Positions 1-10,304 are shown, counted from the stretch's first letter. The stretch: DNA of 62,658 bases from an uncultured Fibrobacterota bacterium (GCA_963729895.1 CAVSQB010000024.1:1-62658), one strand, 5' to 3'. Made by a program: numbers and translations. The notes: generated by a model not told the origin, from the letters alone.

Positions 1-892
1 GGAACAGGAGATTGCGCACCGGCTGATGCAGGAAATCGTGCGTCTTGCTCGTTCCGAAGAGTTGTTGTCCGATGAGCATTTCACGGTTGACGGCACGTTG
101 ATTGAAGCCTGGGCATCGATGAAGAGCTTCAAGCGAAAAGACGCGGAATCGGCGAACAAGACTGACGATGATCGGAGTAATCCGTCGGTTGATTTCCACC
201 ATGAGAAGCGAAGCAATGAGACACATCAGAGTTCGACCGATCCAGAGGCGCTGTTGGCTCGGAAGAACAAGAGAACGGGAGCGCAGCTGGCGTATTCCGG
301 TCACGTGCTGATGGAAAACCGAAATGGGTTGTGTGTTGATATCGCCATTGCGCCAGCGACGGGGACAGCGGAACGGGATATGGCGCTTGAGCTGATAAAG
401 CATGAACGCAGGCGCGGAAAACGCCGGATGAAGACGGTGGGTGCGACAAAGGGGTATCATGCAACCGAATTTATCAAGAGCCTGCGACGCCTGCACGTGA
501 AGCCTCACATTGCCGAGAAGGCCAACACTTCGCTTAAAGGGTTGGATGGAAGAACGACTCGGCATAAGGGATACAGCGTAAGTCAAAGGAAACGAAAACG
601 GGTTGAAGAGATATTTGGGTGGATCAAGAGCGTCGGTGGCCTGCGGAAAACTCGGGTAAGAGGAATACGAATCAACCAGACTGTTGCCTACGTGGTTGCC
701 GCAGCGTACAACTTGATACGCATGGTTAAGTTGATGCCGCAAACGGTGGGGGCAGCATGAGAATGGCCTGGGAATCCGGGGAAATGCCTCGGAACGAGGC
801 AGGTAAAACCTCTCTGACATATGTAAAGTTGAAGTTAGGTTCATAAAAAATCAACAAGAGCGCTTCTGTTAGGACTATTTCAACAACCGTTA
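1..892 (+). mobile_element. IS5-family insertion sequence, 5'-truncated by the window edge
   Basis: Contains the transposase ORF; TATTTCAACAACCGTTA at 876-892 resembles the right terminal IR of this IS group. Confidence 0.75.
26..760 (+). CDS. IS5-family DDE transposase, partial and possibly inactive
   Basis: Motifs FTVDGTLIEAWAS, TDPEA, GHVLMENRNGL and RKRVEEIFGWIK; the expected GADKGY motif reads GATKGY. Confidence 0.9.
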   Translation: MQEIVRLARSEELLSDEHFTVDGTLIEAWASMKSFKRKDAESANKTDDDRSNPSVDFHHEKRSNETHQSSTDPEALLARKNKRTGAQLAYSGHVLMENRNGLCVDIAIAPATGTAERDMALELIKHERRRGKRRMKTVGATKGYHATEFIKSLRRLHVKPHIAEKANTSLKGLDGRTTRHKGYSVSQRKRKRVEEIFGWIKSVGGLRKTRVRGIRINQTVAYVVAAAYNLIRMVKLMPQTVGAA

Positions 893-1114
893 CCGGAGTA
901 ATAACAAAAAGCGTTTCGTAATTATTAGCTGGCGCTGTTACGCCTGCCGCTAGGCCCCTCAAAATCACCTTTGCCCGCCTTGGGGAGCAAGCATTACCTT
1001 GTGCGGGTCCCTAAACGAGGTCTCGTGGAGTTACGAATATTGACAGATGATCTTCTTCTTTCAGATGTCGAGCACAAGAACCTCAATCAAGATGCCTCTT
1101 TTGTCGGCGGGTTC

Positions 1115-2152
1115 TTACTCGAAATCGGTAACCACCAGAATTCCTTCAATCGGCGGCTGGCCAAGTGTACCCTGCGCTGATGCTGCAAAAAAGCAGGTTA
1201 CCTGGTTTCCGGCAAAAACTTTGACGATATTGCCGAGAAAAGGTCCCAATTCGTCCAGGAAGGTAAGCCTGAACAGACCTTGTCTTCCAGAAATAGAAAA
1301 TGAAGAGTGCGGCTTAAAAATATGAGGGAGACAGTGATCCTTTGAAGAAAAAGTAGCTGCATTCTCCAGCATTTGTGCACCCTCAACGGGCATAGGCAAT
1401 CGATCCCGACCATTCCAGACCCATCCGACAGCGCTTGATCCAGAGTTCTTGGGGAAATGCAAGTTGGCTACGAACTGATTTCCTGCTTGGCATCCATAAA
1501 AGGAAATATATCTTTGAGAAAAATCTTTGGGATACCCAGTGGTTCGAGAATGTTCCAGCATGCCAAATCCCGTCAATTGCTTCTTGGAACATCCGGGAAT
1601 CTGCAGGGTGGTTCGAAGCCTAGTCCAAGGGATAAGTACTTCATTGGTATAAAATTTCTTCGAGGTGCTGCAGTCCAGGATGGTGTCTAGGAGTCTCATA
1701 ACTTTTGGCAACCGGTCAAGAGAAATTTCCACCATGGAACTGTCGATTGCCACTACGCATTTTGTTGATTCACCCTCCTGAGCCAAAAAGCACGATCCTA
1801 TTGCCAGGGTCGGAGAAGGTGCGTTCAAATACTTCCAGCACGTCTTCTTGAATCTCTTGCATGTTCTGTACGGTGTCGTTTCCGGATGCAAAACAAGCAT
1901 TTCGCAAGCGGCGTTGCTGTCACCAAACCCGATGTTCGTAATGATCACCTGGGTCTGAATGAATGTTTCGTCATCACAAAGGGCGGTCAAAGTAAAAATT
2001 TCGCTGTAGTTTTTGCATGAAAGGATGTTCGGTTCAAGAGGATTGTTTACGGAGGGATTAAACTTATTGGAGGAGAAGATTGGGAAACAAAAGAAAAGAC
2101 AGATGGTTGCAATTTTGATAAATGGTAAGTTCATTTGGTACAAAATATTCAT
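1115..2152 (-). CDS. Hypothetical exported protein, possibly Svf1/AttH lipocalin-like beta fold
   Basis: 345-aa ORF with an N-terminal hydrophobic signal-like segment; AT-richer than core genes. The fold guess (YSEIFTLTA...QVIITNIG, GFGMLEHS) is weak. Confidence 0.6.
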   Translation of the reverse strand: MNILYQMNLPFIKIATICLFFCFPIFSSNKFNPSVNNPLEPNILSCKNYSEIFTLTALCDDETFIQTQVIITNIGFGDSNAACEMLVLHPETTPYRTCKRFKKTCWKYLNAPSPTLAIGSCFLAQEGESTKCVVAIDSSMVEISLDRLPKVMRLLDTILDCSTSKKFYTNEVLIPWTRLRTTLQIPGCSKKQLTGFGMLEHSRTTGYPKDFSQRYISFYGCQAGNQFVANLHFPKNSGSSAVGWVWNGRDRLPMPVEGAQMLENAATFSSKDHCLPHIFKPHSSFSISGRQGLFRLTFLDELGPFLGNIVKVFAGNQVTCFFAASAQGTLGQPPIEGILVVTDFE

Positions 2153-2599
2153 AAGCCTATTCGGTCTCTTGTGATTACCTTATCCATGGCGAATTCGGGG
2201 CATATTTTCAATATACGAAAGTTTTTGATAAACGGACAAAGAAAATAGAATAACGCATGCAATACGGCAACGCGATAAAAAGCTCAAACGGCCCTGGACG
2301 GCAATCCATTCAATTGCTTTTTGCGAAGAGAAAATCCACGCCGCACTGTGCGCCTGCCACGGATCGGACCCGTTTCCGGGCGACTGCCTGCGATTTGACC
2401 TTATGGGAACATGGGGCGACGGTAAGAAGCTGTCTGAACCTAGCCTCATGCGGTTTGCAGCAAGAGCTCGGCCTCCTCAACTGCGCCTCGTGGGTGCCCC
2501 CCAACCGAAGATTGGATTCTCGCAAATAAACCCACTTGGGGGTCACCCGGCTCAGCCATCCAAATGCATTTGATTTGTATTTAGAATTTGCTGCGCCAC

Positions 2600-2643
2600 A
2601 AAAAAACAAGACGCTTCCGGCCGGAAATTGCCGAAAACACCTT
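2600..2643 (-). terminator. Intrinsic terminator of tmRNA
   Basis: Minus-strand 14-bp stem with G:U pairs (AAGGTGTTTTCGGC/GCCGGAAGCGTCTT) followed by a T-run, 13 nt past the CCA end. Confidence 0.7.
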
Positions 2644-2656
2644 AGGTAGTAAAGAA

Positions 2657-3012
2657 TGGTGGAGGTGACGGGAGTTGAACCCGTGTCCGAAGAGTGATCC
2701 AAATGGGCCGCTCCATGCTCAGTCTGTCTATTCGTCTCGTTTTCTGCAGCGCTAACAGACAGGCTCTGCAGAAAACCAGCCCCGGTTTATTTCGCCCCGC
2801 AGTCAGGACACCCTGCAGGACTATCGTTCGTGTTAGACCCGTTGCCCAGCGAACGCTAACCGGACAAAAGGTCGGCCGCCTTTAATTAGGCAGCCATTGC
2901 GTAAGAATAATCGTTGGCGATTATTTTTGGTGCCGGATGATTAACGAGGCCAACCGACATCCTCGGCATGCTGCTCAAATCTCTCGCTCCCCGTCGAAAC
3001 CAGTTCACCCCC
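2657..3012 (-). ncRNA. ssrA: tmRNA
   Basis: 5' end GGGGGTGAACTGGTTTCGACGGGG; 3' end GGACACGGGTTCAACTCCCGTCACCTCCACCA; internal tag ORF ANDYSYAMAA* at 2918-2886; 356 nt. Confidence 0.97.
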
Positions 3013-3016
3013 ATTT

Positions 3017-3206
3017 GATTGTAGATTGTAGAATGATGATTGCGGATTGAGTAAGAACACCTTCTTCAAACCGCGTCACTCAGAGAGGAATATACTTCGT
3101 CTCATAGATTACAGGTCAATATGAATATCGTGACGTTCCTGCGGGGCAGCAGCTGAGAATAATTGTCAAACTTCCGCGTCTTGATTTCCAATCCGCATTC
3201 CGCAAT
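3017..3206. repeat. Degenerate heptamer tandem repeats in two inverted blocks
   Basis: GATTGTA-GATTGTA-GAATGAT-GATTGCG-GATTGAG (3017-3051) and complementary CCAATCCGCATTCCGCAAT (3188-3206). Confidence 0.55.
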
Positions 3207-3210
3207 GAGA

Positions 3211-4200
3211 CTACGCCGATTCCCTCACGATGAACTTCGTGGGCAGTTCCTTGTGTTTGAGCTCCGACTCCCTGCCTTCAAGTTTGTCGACGATCATGTT
3301 GATGGCATAGTCGCCCATTTCGAGTTTGGGCTGACGAACCGTGGTGAGCATTGGCTCAACCACTTCGGCCGCGGGAATATCGTCGAAGCCGACCACTGCG
3401 AGCCTGCCCGGAACGTCGATGCCCCGCTTCTTCGCCTCCTTCACCACGCCGATTGCGGCCATGTCGCCGGCAGGCACGAACACGGCGGTAACATTCGCCG
3501 CCCACAGTTTTTCAAACGCCTGGTGTCCCGCTTCGACCGTATCATCATCCACATCCACCACGAAAGCGGGGTCAAAAGAAATGTTGTGTTTGGAAAGCGA
3601 CTGTTTGTACCCGCTCAACCTGTCTTCGGTGGGCAGGTTCTGCTTTCGGCAGACGACGCAGGCGATGGCGGAATGGCCCTTGCCGACAAGATAGTCGGTG
3701 GCGTCCATCGCGCCGCCTTCGTTGTTGACATAAACGGAATCGAGGATGTCGCACTTTCGCGCGACAACGATGCACGGAACGCTCTCGTCGCGAAAAATCT
3801 TCATGTCCTCCTCGGACACGGTGGTGCCGATGAGGATGGCACCGTCGATCCGGCGCTCGCGCGCCAGGCGCTGAAACAGCTGCGACTCGTTTTCCTTTTG
3901 CCCCACGGTGTCGTACAGCGTGACCGTGTAATCGACATCGCGGTTGGTGCTCTTGATTCCCTGGAGGATCCTCACCACGAACGATGACGCCAGATTAGGC
4001 ACGATAACGCCGATCGAATTGGACTTTCTGGTGGCAAGGCCGCGCGCAATGACGTTGGGATAGTAGTTAAGCTCCTTGGCGATCTTGAGCACCTTTCTCC
4101 GCGTCGCCTCGGAAATGTTGGGCTTGTTGTTGATCACCATGGAAACCGTCGCGGATGTTACGCCTGCGCGTTCCGCAATGTCTTTTAAGGTTACCGGCAT
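3211..4200 (-). CDS. LacI-family transcriptional regulator
   Basis: TLKDIAERAGVTSATVS HTH, YYPNVIARGL hinge, VVGFDD...LTTVRQP ligand-binding domain. Confidence 0.96.
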   Translation of the reverse strand: MPVTLKDIAERAGVTSATVSMVINNKPNISEATRRKVLKIAKELNYYPNVIARGLATRKSNSIGVIVPNLASSFVVRILQGIKSTNRDVDYTVTLYDTVGQKENESQLFQRLARERRIDGAILIGTTVSEEDMKIFRDESVPCIVVARKCDILDSVYVNNEGGAMDATDYLVGKGHSAIACVVCRKQNLPTEDRLSGYKQSLSKHNISFDPAFVVDVDDDTVEAGHQAFEKLWAANVTAVFVPAGDMAAIGVVKEAKKRGIDVPGRLAVVGFDDIPAAEVVEPMLTTVRQPKLEMGDYAINMIVDKLEGRESELKHKELPTKFIVRESA

Positions 4201-4251
4201 AGGAATAATCCTTTGTATGGTTTTCCGATCAGTTTGTTACGCTCTCGCCGC

Positions 4252-5238
4252 CTAAAAATTAAACGTTGCACGCAGTCCGACTTCTTTGTTTTGAGGAACC
4301 AGATCCGGCTCGAGTTTCATCTTGATCCGCGCGTCGTGCAAGTGCGCATCCACCGCCGCGTCCATTATACCGTATAAGTAAAATGCCACGGAGTACCAGA
4401 TCCACATGTTGCGATTTTTAAACGCCGTGGTCCGCCAGAAGTCCCATTTGTTGTAGTCGGTTCCGTTAAACAAGGTGTACGTTATCGAGTCGGCCGGTGA
4501 AATGTTTGCGATCTCGTAGTTCTGGCAGTCCTTCATGATCGTATGATAATTGATGGCGAGATATGCCATGTAAAACTGCCCCATCAGAATCATGCCCGCT
4601 TTTGACAGTTCTCCATTGTATACCTGCCCGAGGCCGAGCCCGGGTATTGCCGACAGCCACATGGCGGTGGCCGGATCTTTCTTCGACTCGCTTCTCAACA
4701 CATTTGCGCACTGAAGCGCGTCAAGCACGTTCCAGTAGTAGATCCCCGCCATCAATGCCACGCTTTGAAAGAAGACGTCCTGCATTTGAAGCTTTTCCAT
4801 GGCAGCGCTGTCCGCTTCGATTTTCGCCATTTTGTAGGTGGTTTCCAATGTCCTCGTTGAATCGGATTTCGCGTGCTGCTGCCACAAGCTCAATGCCGAC
4901 CGCTCGAGCAGCGCAATGCTATCGGCGTTGTGCCTGAGCCCATTAGCGTAGATGTACCGCTGATACCCGAACAACCCCACCCCGATTTCGGTGGCAAAAA
5001 ACAGCGCGCCTTTCACGTAATGTCCCGTGTAAATCTGACCCGCGCCCGGGAGCAAAAGAGAGGCAGTGAATGCAATGCCCGGAATATGCCTGTTGTCTCT
5101 TGCGATGCTTACCGAATCCTTTTCAGCAGGCATGATCGAGTCGGTTTGCACAACACGGTTTTGCGGTATTCCCTCTTGCGCAAACCCGAGAGATGCCAAA
5201 ACGAGCAATGATATCGGCAAAAACCGGAGACGTTTCAT
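4252..5238 (-). CDS. DUF5683-like envelope protein with two PGxGQxY repeats
   Basis: Signal peptide MKRLRFLPISLLVLASLGFA; PGAGQIYTG and PGLGLGQVYNG; DAAVDAHL; C-terminal Phe. Confidence 0.65.
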   Translation of the reverse strand: MKRLRFLPISLLVLASLGFAQEGIPQNRVVQTDSIMPAEKDSVSIARDNRHIPGIAFTASLLLPGAGQIYTGHYVKGALFFATEIGVGLFGYQRYIYANGLRHNADSIALLERSALSLWQQHAKSDSTRTLETTYKMAKIEADSAAMEKLQMQDVFFQSVALMAGIYYWNVLDALQCANVLRSESKKDPATAMWLSAIPGLGLGQVYNGELSKAGMILMGQFYMAYLAINYHTIMKDCQNYEIANISPADSITYTLFNGTDYNKWDFWRTTAFKNRNMWIWYSVAFYLYGIMDAAVDAHLHDARIKMKLEPDLVPQNKEVGLRATFNF

Positions 5239-5613
5239 TTGTTCATGAGCGGGCGTGATGCACGCCCTCACCCGGGAGAGCGAAAAAAAGGCTGGCTGGT
5301 TTAACCCCTTAAACAATATAATACATTTTCCCTTGGGCAGCGCCAGGATTTAAATGAATATTAAATGGAGTCGCCGACCGGCACGTCGCGTCACATAGGG
5401 AGCATTATGACAACCTCTCAGACCGATTTCACAGTACAACAGCCACTAAAATTGAGCATGTATCGTTGCCGGAGTAATAATTTATTTTTAGAACATCCGC
5501 AGTCCCCGGTCCTCAAAATGCGCCGCAGTGTTGCTGTTTCGGCACCGCGGTGCCGAAGTGGTACGTAAGATCCGGGACAATCCACGGAAAATATCATCGT
5601 TATGGGAGGAGCC

Positions 5614-7509
5614 ATGGCCGAGACTCAGAAAGATTCCGCGCAGCGACTCGGGTTTCAGACCGAGGCAAAACAGCTGCTCCAGCTGATGATTCATTCGCTG
5701 TACAGCCACAAGGAAGTGTTTGTGCGGGAGCTTGTATCCAATGCGTCGGACGCTCTTGACAAACTGCGTTTCGCATCGCTCACGAATTCGGGTGTGCTGG
5801 GCACAGACACCGAGCTTTGCGTGCGCGTCAAGGTGGACGCCACCGCAAAAACAATTACCGTTTCGGACAACGGCATCGGCATGACGCGCGAAGAGGTGAT
5901 TGACAATATCGGCACCATTGCCAGAAGCGGCTCGCGCGCGTTTGTGGAGAGCCTCACCGGCGACCAGAAAATGGATTCCAACCTCATCGGCCAGTTCGGC
6001 GTGGGCTTCTACTCCGCGTTCATGGTGGCGTCACGGGTTAAACTTGTCACCAGACGGGCGGGTGAAGGCAACCAGGCCGTCGTCTGGGAGTCGGACGGGC
6101 AAAGTGATTTCACGATCGCGGACGCCGAAAAGTCCGAACGCGGCACCGAAGTCACCGTCTACCTGCGCGACGAGGAGAACGCCTATGCCGACCCGCATAC
6201 CATCCGGTCGATCATCAAGAAATTCTCCGACTTCATCGCCTTTCCCATTTACTTTCCAAACGAGAAAGGCCACGACGAAGTGGTGAACCAGACCAAGCCG
6301 CTGTGGAAGCGGCAGCCCCTGGAAATCACCAGCGAGCAGTACGAGGAGTTTTTCAAGCAGCTGGGCGGGTTCGACAAACCCGCAACCACCATCCACAGCA
6401 AGGCGGAAGGCGTGCTCGAATACTCCTTTGTGCTTTTTATTCCGTCAAAAGCGCCGTTCGACCTGTTTCTGCCGGAGCGGACGCACGGGATCAAACTGTA
6501 TGTCAAGCGCGTCTTTATCATGGACCATTGCAAGGAGCTGTTCACCGACTACCTGCGTTTTGTGAAGGGCGTTGTCGACTCGGAAGACCTGCCGCTTAAC
6601 GTATCGCGCGAAATGCTGCAGCATAACCCGGTCATCGAAAAAATGAAGAAGACTCTCGTGAGCAAGGTGCTTGCAAAACTCGCGGACATGGCGACAAACG
6701 AGCCGGCCGGGTATGCCGCGTTTTGGGAACAGTTCGGCCCGGTTATCAAGGAAGGCGTGCACACCGACTACGAAAATAAGGAGAAGCTTGTGGAACTTCT
6801 CCGGTTTCAATCGACGTTGTCCGATACCGAGAGCGACTTGGTTTCTCTCAAGCAGTATGCGGGTCGCATGCGTGAAGGTCAGAAACACATCTATTACCTC
6901 AGCGGCGAAAACAGGGACATTGTCCAGAAGAGCCCTCATCTCGAGGTGTTCCGCGAGAAAAGCATCGAAGTCCTGTACTTGCTTGACCCGATCGACGAGT
7001 GGCTTGTCAACGATTTGTACAATTACGACGGCAAGCAACTCAAGTCCGTATCCCGAGGAGACCTTGACCTCGGCGACCTTGGCGCAGATGACAAGAAACA
7101 GAAAGACAAGCTGGAATCCGCTTTCAAAAAGCTCTCGGAGCGCATCAAGAACATTCTTTCCGATGTTGTGAAGGACGTGCGCGTCACCACGCGCCTCAAG
7201 GACAGCCCCTGCTGCCTCGTGTCGGACGAACACGACCTCGGCCCTTTTATGGAAAAGATGATGAAGGCCATGGGTCAGGAGGTTCCGGAGTCGAAGGCGA
7301 TTCTGGAGATCAACGGCTCCCATCCCATAGTGGAAAACCTGCGCGCACTGTACGAGAAGGACGCAAAGTCGCCCTTGCTTGACGAATGGGTAAGGCTGCT
7401 GTACGATCAGGCGCTTATCACGTGCGGCCAGGCCCTCAAAGACGCGCCGGCGTATGCGAAAAGAGTTAACGAACTTCTTCTCAAGGCTTCCAAAGAGGCG
7501 GCCGCATGA
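5614..7509 (+). CDS. htpG: Chaperone HtpG (Hsp90)
   Basis: [45 protein letters not shown] before ATG 5614. Confidence 0.98.
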
Positions 7510-8273
7510 ACAGGCCTATTGCCCTGCTCACCGACTTCGGTACGAAAGACTGGTTCGCTGCCAGCATGAAGGGGGCAATCCTTGCAGTTAATCCCCGGGC
7601 CGTAATCCTGGACATCACTCACGATATTCCCCGGGGCAATATTCCGGCAGCGGCCTTCAGTCTTTTTGCCTGCCATTCGAGCTTCCCCGAAGGCACGGTT
7701 TTTGCGGTTATAGTAGATCCCGGAGTGGGCAGCAGAAGGGCCGCAATTGCAGTTTTTGCCGGCGGGTACTTCTTTGTGGGTCCGGACAACGGTGTTTTGT
7801 CGGTTGCGGTCAATGCCTATTCCCAAGCCGAGATTCTCGAGCTTCGTAATTCCGCATGTTTTCGAAGAACGGTGAGCCCAACGTTTCACGGGCGCGACAT
7901 CTTCGCGCCCGTCGCCGCCCATGTAAGCAAAGGATTTGTGTTTAGGAAACTTGGACCGAAGCGAAAGGGCATGGAACGCACTCCCATGCCCGTTGCGGAA
8001 AAAACCGGAAAACAAATCACGGGAATCGTTATGTACATCGATGGTTTCGGCAACTGCATTACCAATGTCCCAACCGTACGAGCTTCCTGTAAGCGAGCTC
8101 GGCTGCGAGTGAGAAATCGTTCCATCCCGATTTGTTCCTTCTATGCCGACGTTGGTGAGGGCAAGCCTCTTGCCGTAGCCGGTTCCTGCGGCTTCATTGA
8201 AATATCCGTCAATCAAGGGAACGCCGCCAAAGAGTTACGCCTCAAGGTGGGAGACACGGTATCCATCCGCTGA
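7506..8273 (+). CDS. SAM hydroxide adenosyltransferase / chlorinase-fluorinase family (DUF62)
   Basis: LLTDFG, VDPGVGSRR, GPDNG, TFHGRDIFAP, IDGFGNCITN motifs. Confidence 0.93.
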   Translation: MNRPIALLTDFGTKDWFAASMKGAILAVNPRAVILDITHDIPRGNIPAAAFSLFACHSSFPEGTVFAVIVDPGVGSRRAAIAVFAGGYFFVGPDNGVLSVAVNAYSQAEILELRNSACFRRTVSPTFHGRDIFAPVAAHVSKGFVFRKLGPKRKGMERTPMPVAEKTGKQITGIVMYIDGFGNCITNVPTVRASCKRARLRVRNRSIPICSFYADVGEGKPLAVAGSCGFIEISVNQGNAAKELRLKVGDTVSIR

Positions 8274-8372
8274 TCTCCCTGCTCCGATCTCGAACATATA
8301 ACCTGGCTCGATGTGGGTTTCAGCCACTCCGAACTCCCGGATAAGCCTGCTTCCCGATGATTCCCGCGAAAT

Positions 8373-8401
8373 TTGCCCCCACAATCGTTCCCATATATTT
8401 T
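8373..8401 (+). promoter_or_regulatory. Putative sigma70 promoter of kup
   Basis: TTGCCC-N17-TATTTT; 13 nt separate the -10 from ATG 8415. Confidence 0.5.
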
Positions 8402-8414
8402 ATCTGGCAACAAT

Positions 8415-10304
8415 ATGGCAACCACCCCTTCTCCTGAGCGCCAGAAATTGACCATCGGACTCATTGTCGCCGCGCTCGGAGTTGTCTATGGCGATATCGG
8501 CACAAGCCCGTTATACGCGCTTCGCATCTGCTTTGACGGGCGAGGCGCATTGCCCGTCACGTCCGGAAATATTCTTGGAGTGCTCTCGCTCATCTTCTGG
8601 TCGCTGGTCATTCTCATATCCATAAAATATCTGTCGTTTGTTCTGCGCGCGGACAACAACGGCGAAGGCGGCATTCTCGCCATAACGACGCTCCTGGTCA
8701 AGGCGAATAAGAACCCCGTGGTGAAACGGGGCGTTGTCCTGTTACTCGGCCTGTTCGGAGCGTCGCTTCTTTACGGCGACGGGTTGATTACGCCGGTAAT
8801 TTCCGTGCTGAGTGCAGTGGAGGGGCTCAACGCGGCAACCCCGGCGTTCACACCGTTTGTTCTTCCGCTTTCCCTCGTAGTCCTTTTATTCCTGTTCTGG
8901 TTCCAGAAGCGCGGCAGCGGGACGATAGGCAAGATATTCGGACCGATCATGCTGGTCTGGTTTACGATTATCGGAATGCTCGGGCTGTTTTCCGTTTGCG
9001 CCAACCCCATTGTGCTGCTCGCCATTAACCCGCAGTACATTTTCCCGTTCTTCCTTCACAACCGCATGCATGCATTCTTCACGCTTGGCACTCTTTTTCT
9101 TGTCCTGACCGGAGGCGAAGCTCTCTATGCGGACATCGGCCATTTCGGGACGCGCCCTATTCGGTCCGGTTGGTTCTATATTGTATTTCCCGCCCTTATC
9201 CTCAACTACTTCGGCCAAGGCGCGTTTTTGCTGCGAAACCCGACGCTTACAGACAACCTGTTCTACCGTGTTGCGCCGCCGTGGGCCGTTCTTCCGCTGG
9301 TGGTTCTTGCCACAATCGCCACCGTCATCGCGTCGCAAGCCGTAATATCGGGCGTGTTTTCACTTGCGCGACAGTCGGTGCAGCTCGGCTTCTTTCCGCG
9401 GTTGTCCATCATTCATACCTCCCATACGACAATCGGCCAGGTTTATGTTCCGGTGTTCAACGGCCTCTTATGCGTGGGAACCATCATCCTGGTCCTTGCC
9501 TTTAGGCAATCCGACAGCCTTGCGGGCGCCTATGGCGTGGCGGTCGCCACCACCATGCTCATCACGACTCTGTTCCTTTTTCTCATCATGCGCAAAATTT
9601 GGAACTGGAACACGTTTGCCGCAGCAGGTGTCACCATCGTGTTTTTTGCAATTGATTTTACCTTCTTTTGCGCCAATCTCATGAAGATAAAGGACGGCGG
9701 ATGGATTTCCCTGGCCGTGGCGGGTGCCGTAATGTTTCTCATGATTACCTGGGACGACGGCAGGCGGATCCTTCGCCAGCGTATCGTAAGCGCGGCCATT
9801 TCAATGAAGGATTTTGTTGCGGACGTCGTCTCGCTCAAACCGATTCGAGTGCCGGGCATATCCGTTTTCCTTGCCGGAAACCAGGCCGGCGTACCGCGCA
9901 CCCTGCTTCACAATTACAAACACAACAAGATCCTTCACCACCAGGTGGTCATCCTCACCGTGGTCACAAAGGACGTCCCGGTTGTTGACGAGTCGGAAAG
10001 ACTCGATGTTGCGGAACTCGGCAATGGCTTCTACTGGATTACGGCCCGGTATGGATTCAGTGAGACGCCGGACATTCCCGCAACACTGGCGACGGCGTCG
10101 GTGCGGGGCATCTCCTTCGACCCCATGCAGACCACGTTCTTTCTCGGAAGAGAAACACTTATCGTATCCCGGGAAAAGGGACCGTTGTCTTTGCTGCGAA
10201 AAGGGGTTTTCGGATTTCTGTCGCGCAATGCCTGTGACGCGTCCAAGTTCTTCCGTATCCCCCCCAACCGCGTAATTGAAATCGGAATCCAGGTGGAGTT
10301 GTAA
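8415..10304 (+). CDS. kup: KUP/HAK/KT potassium transporter
   Basis: LGVVYGDIGTSPLY, ADNNGEGG, GEALYADIGHFG, TFFLGRE motifs. Confidence 0.97.
   Translation: MATTPSPERQKLTIGLIVAALGVVYGDIGTSPLYALRICFDGRGALPVTSGNILGVLSLIFWSLVILISIKYLSFVLRADNNGEGGILAITTLLVKANKNPVVKRGVVLLLGLFGASLLYGDGLITPVISVLSAVEGLNAATPAFTPFVLPLSLVVLLFLFWFQKRGSGTIGKIFGPIMLVWFTIIGMLGLFSVCANPIVLLAINPQYIFPFFLHNRMHAFFTLGTLFLVLTGGEALYADIGHFGTRPIRSGWFYIVFPALILNYFGQGAFLLRNPTLTDNLFYRVAPPWAVLPLVVLATIATVIASQAVISGVFSLARQSVQLGFFPRLSIIHTSHTTIGQVYVPVFNGLLCVGTIILVLAFRQSDSLAGAYGVAVATTMLITTLFLFLIMRKIWNWNTFAAAGVTIVFFAIDFTFFCANLMKIKDGGWISLAVAGAVMFLMITWDDGRRILRQRIVSAAISMKDFVADVVSLKPIRVPGISVFLAGNQAGVPRTLLHNYKHNKILHHQVVILTVVTKDVPVVDESERLDVAELGNGFYWITARYGFSETPDIPATLATASVRGISFDPMQTTFFLGRETLIVSREKGPLSLLRKGVFGFLSRNACDASKFFRIPPNRVIEIGIQVEL

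Noticed and set aside
2180..2702. Short ORFs between the orphan gene and ssrA as an integrase remnant
   Set aside because: No recombinase motifs in the frames examined; one ORF overlaps the tmRNA and its terminator.
5480..5600. CIRCE element before htpG
   Set aside because: No TTAGCACTC-N9-GAGTGCTAA match; the palindrome present has no spacer.
8274..8414. c-di-AMP riboswitch before kup
   Set aside because: No ydaO consensus elements, and the putative promoter lies right next to the start codon.
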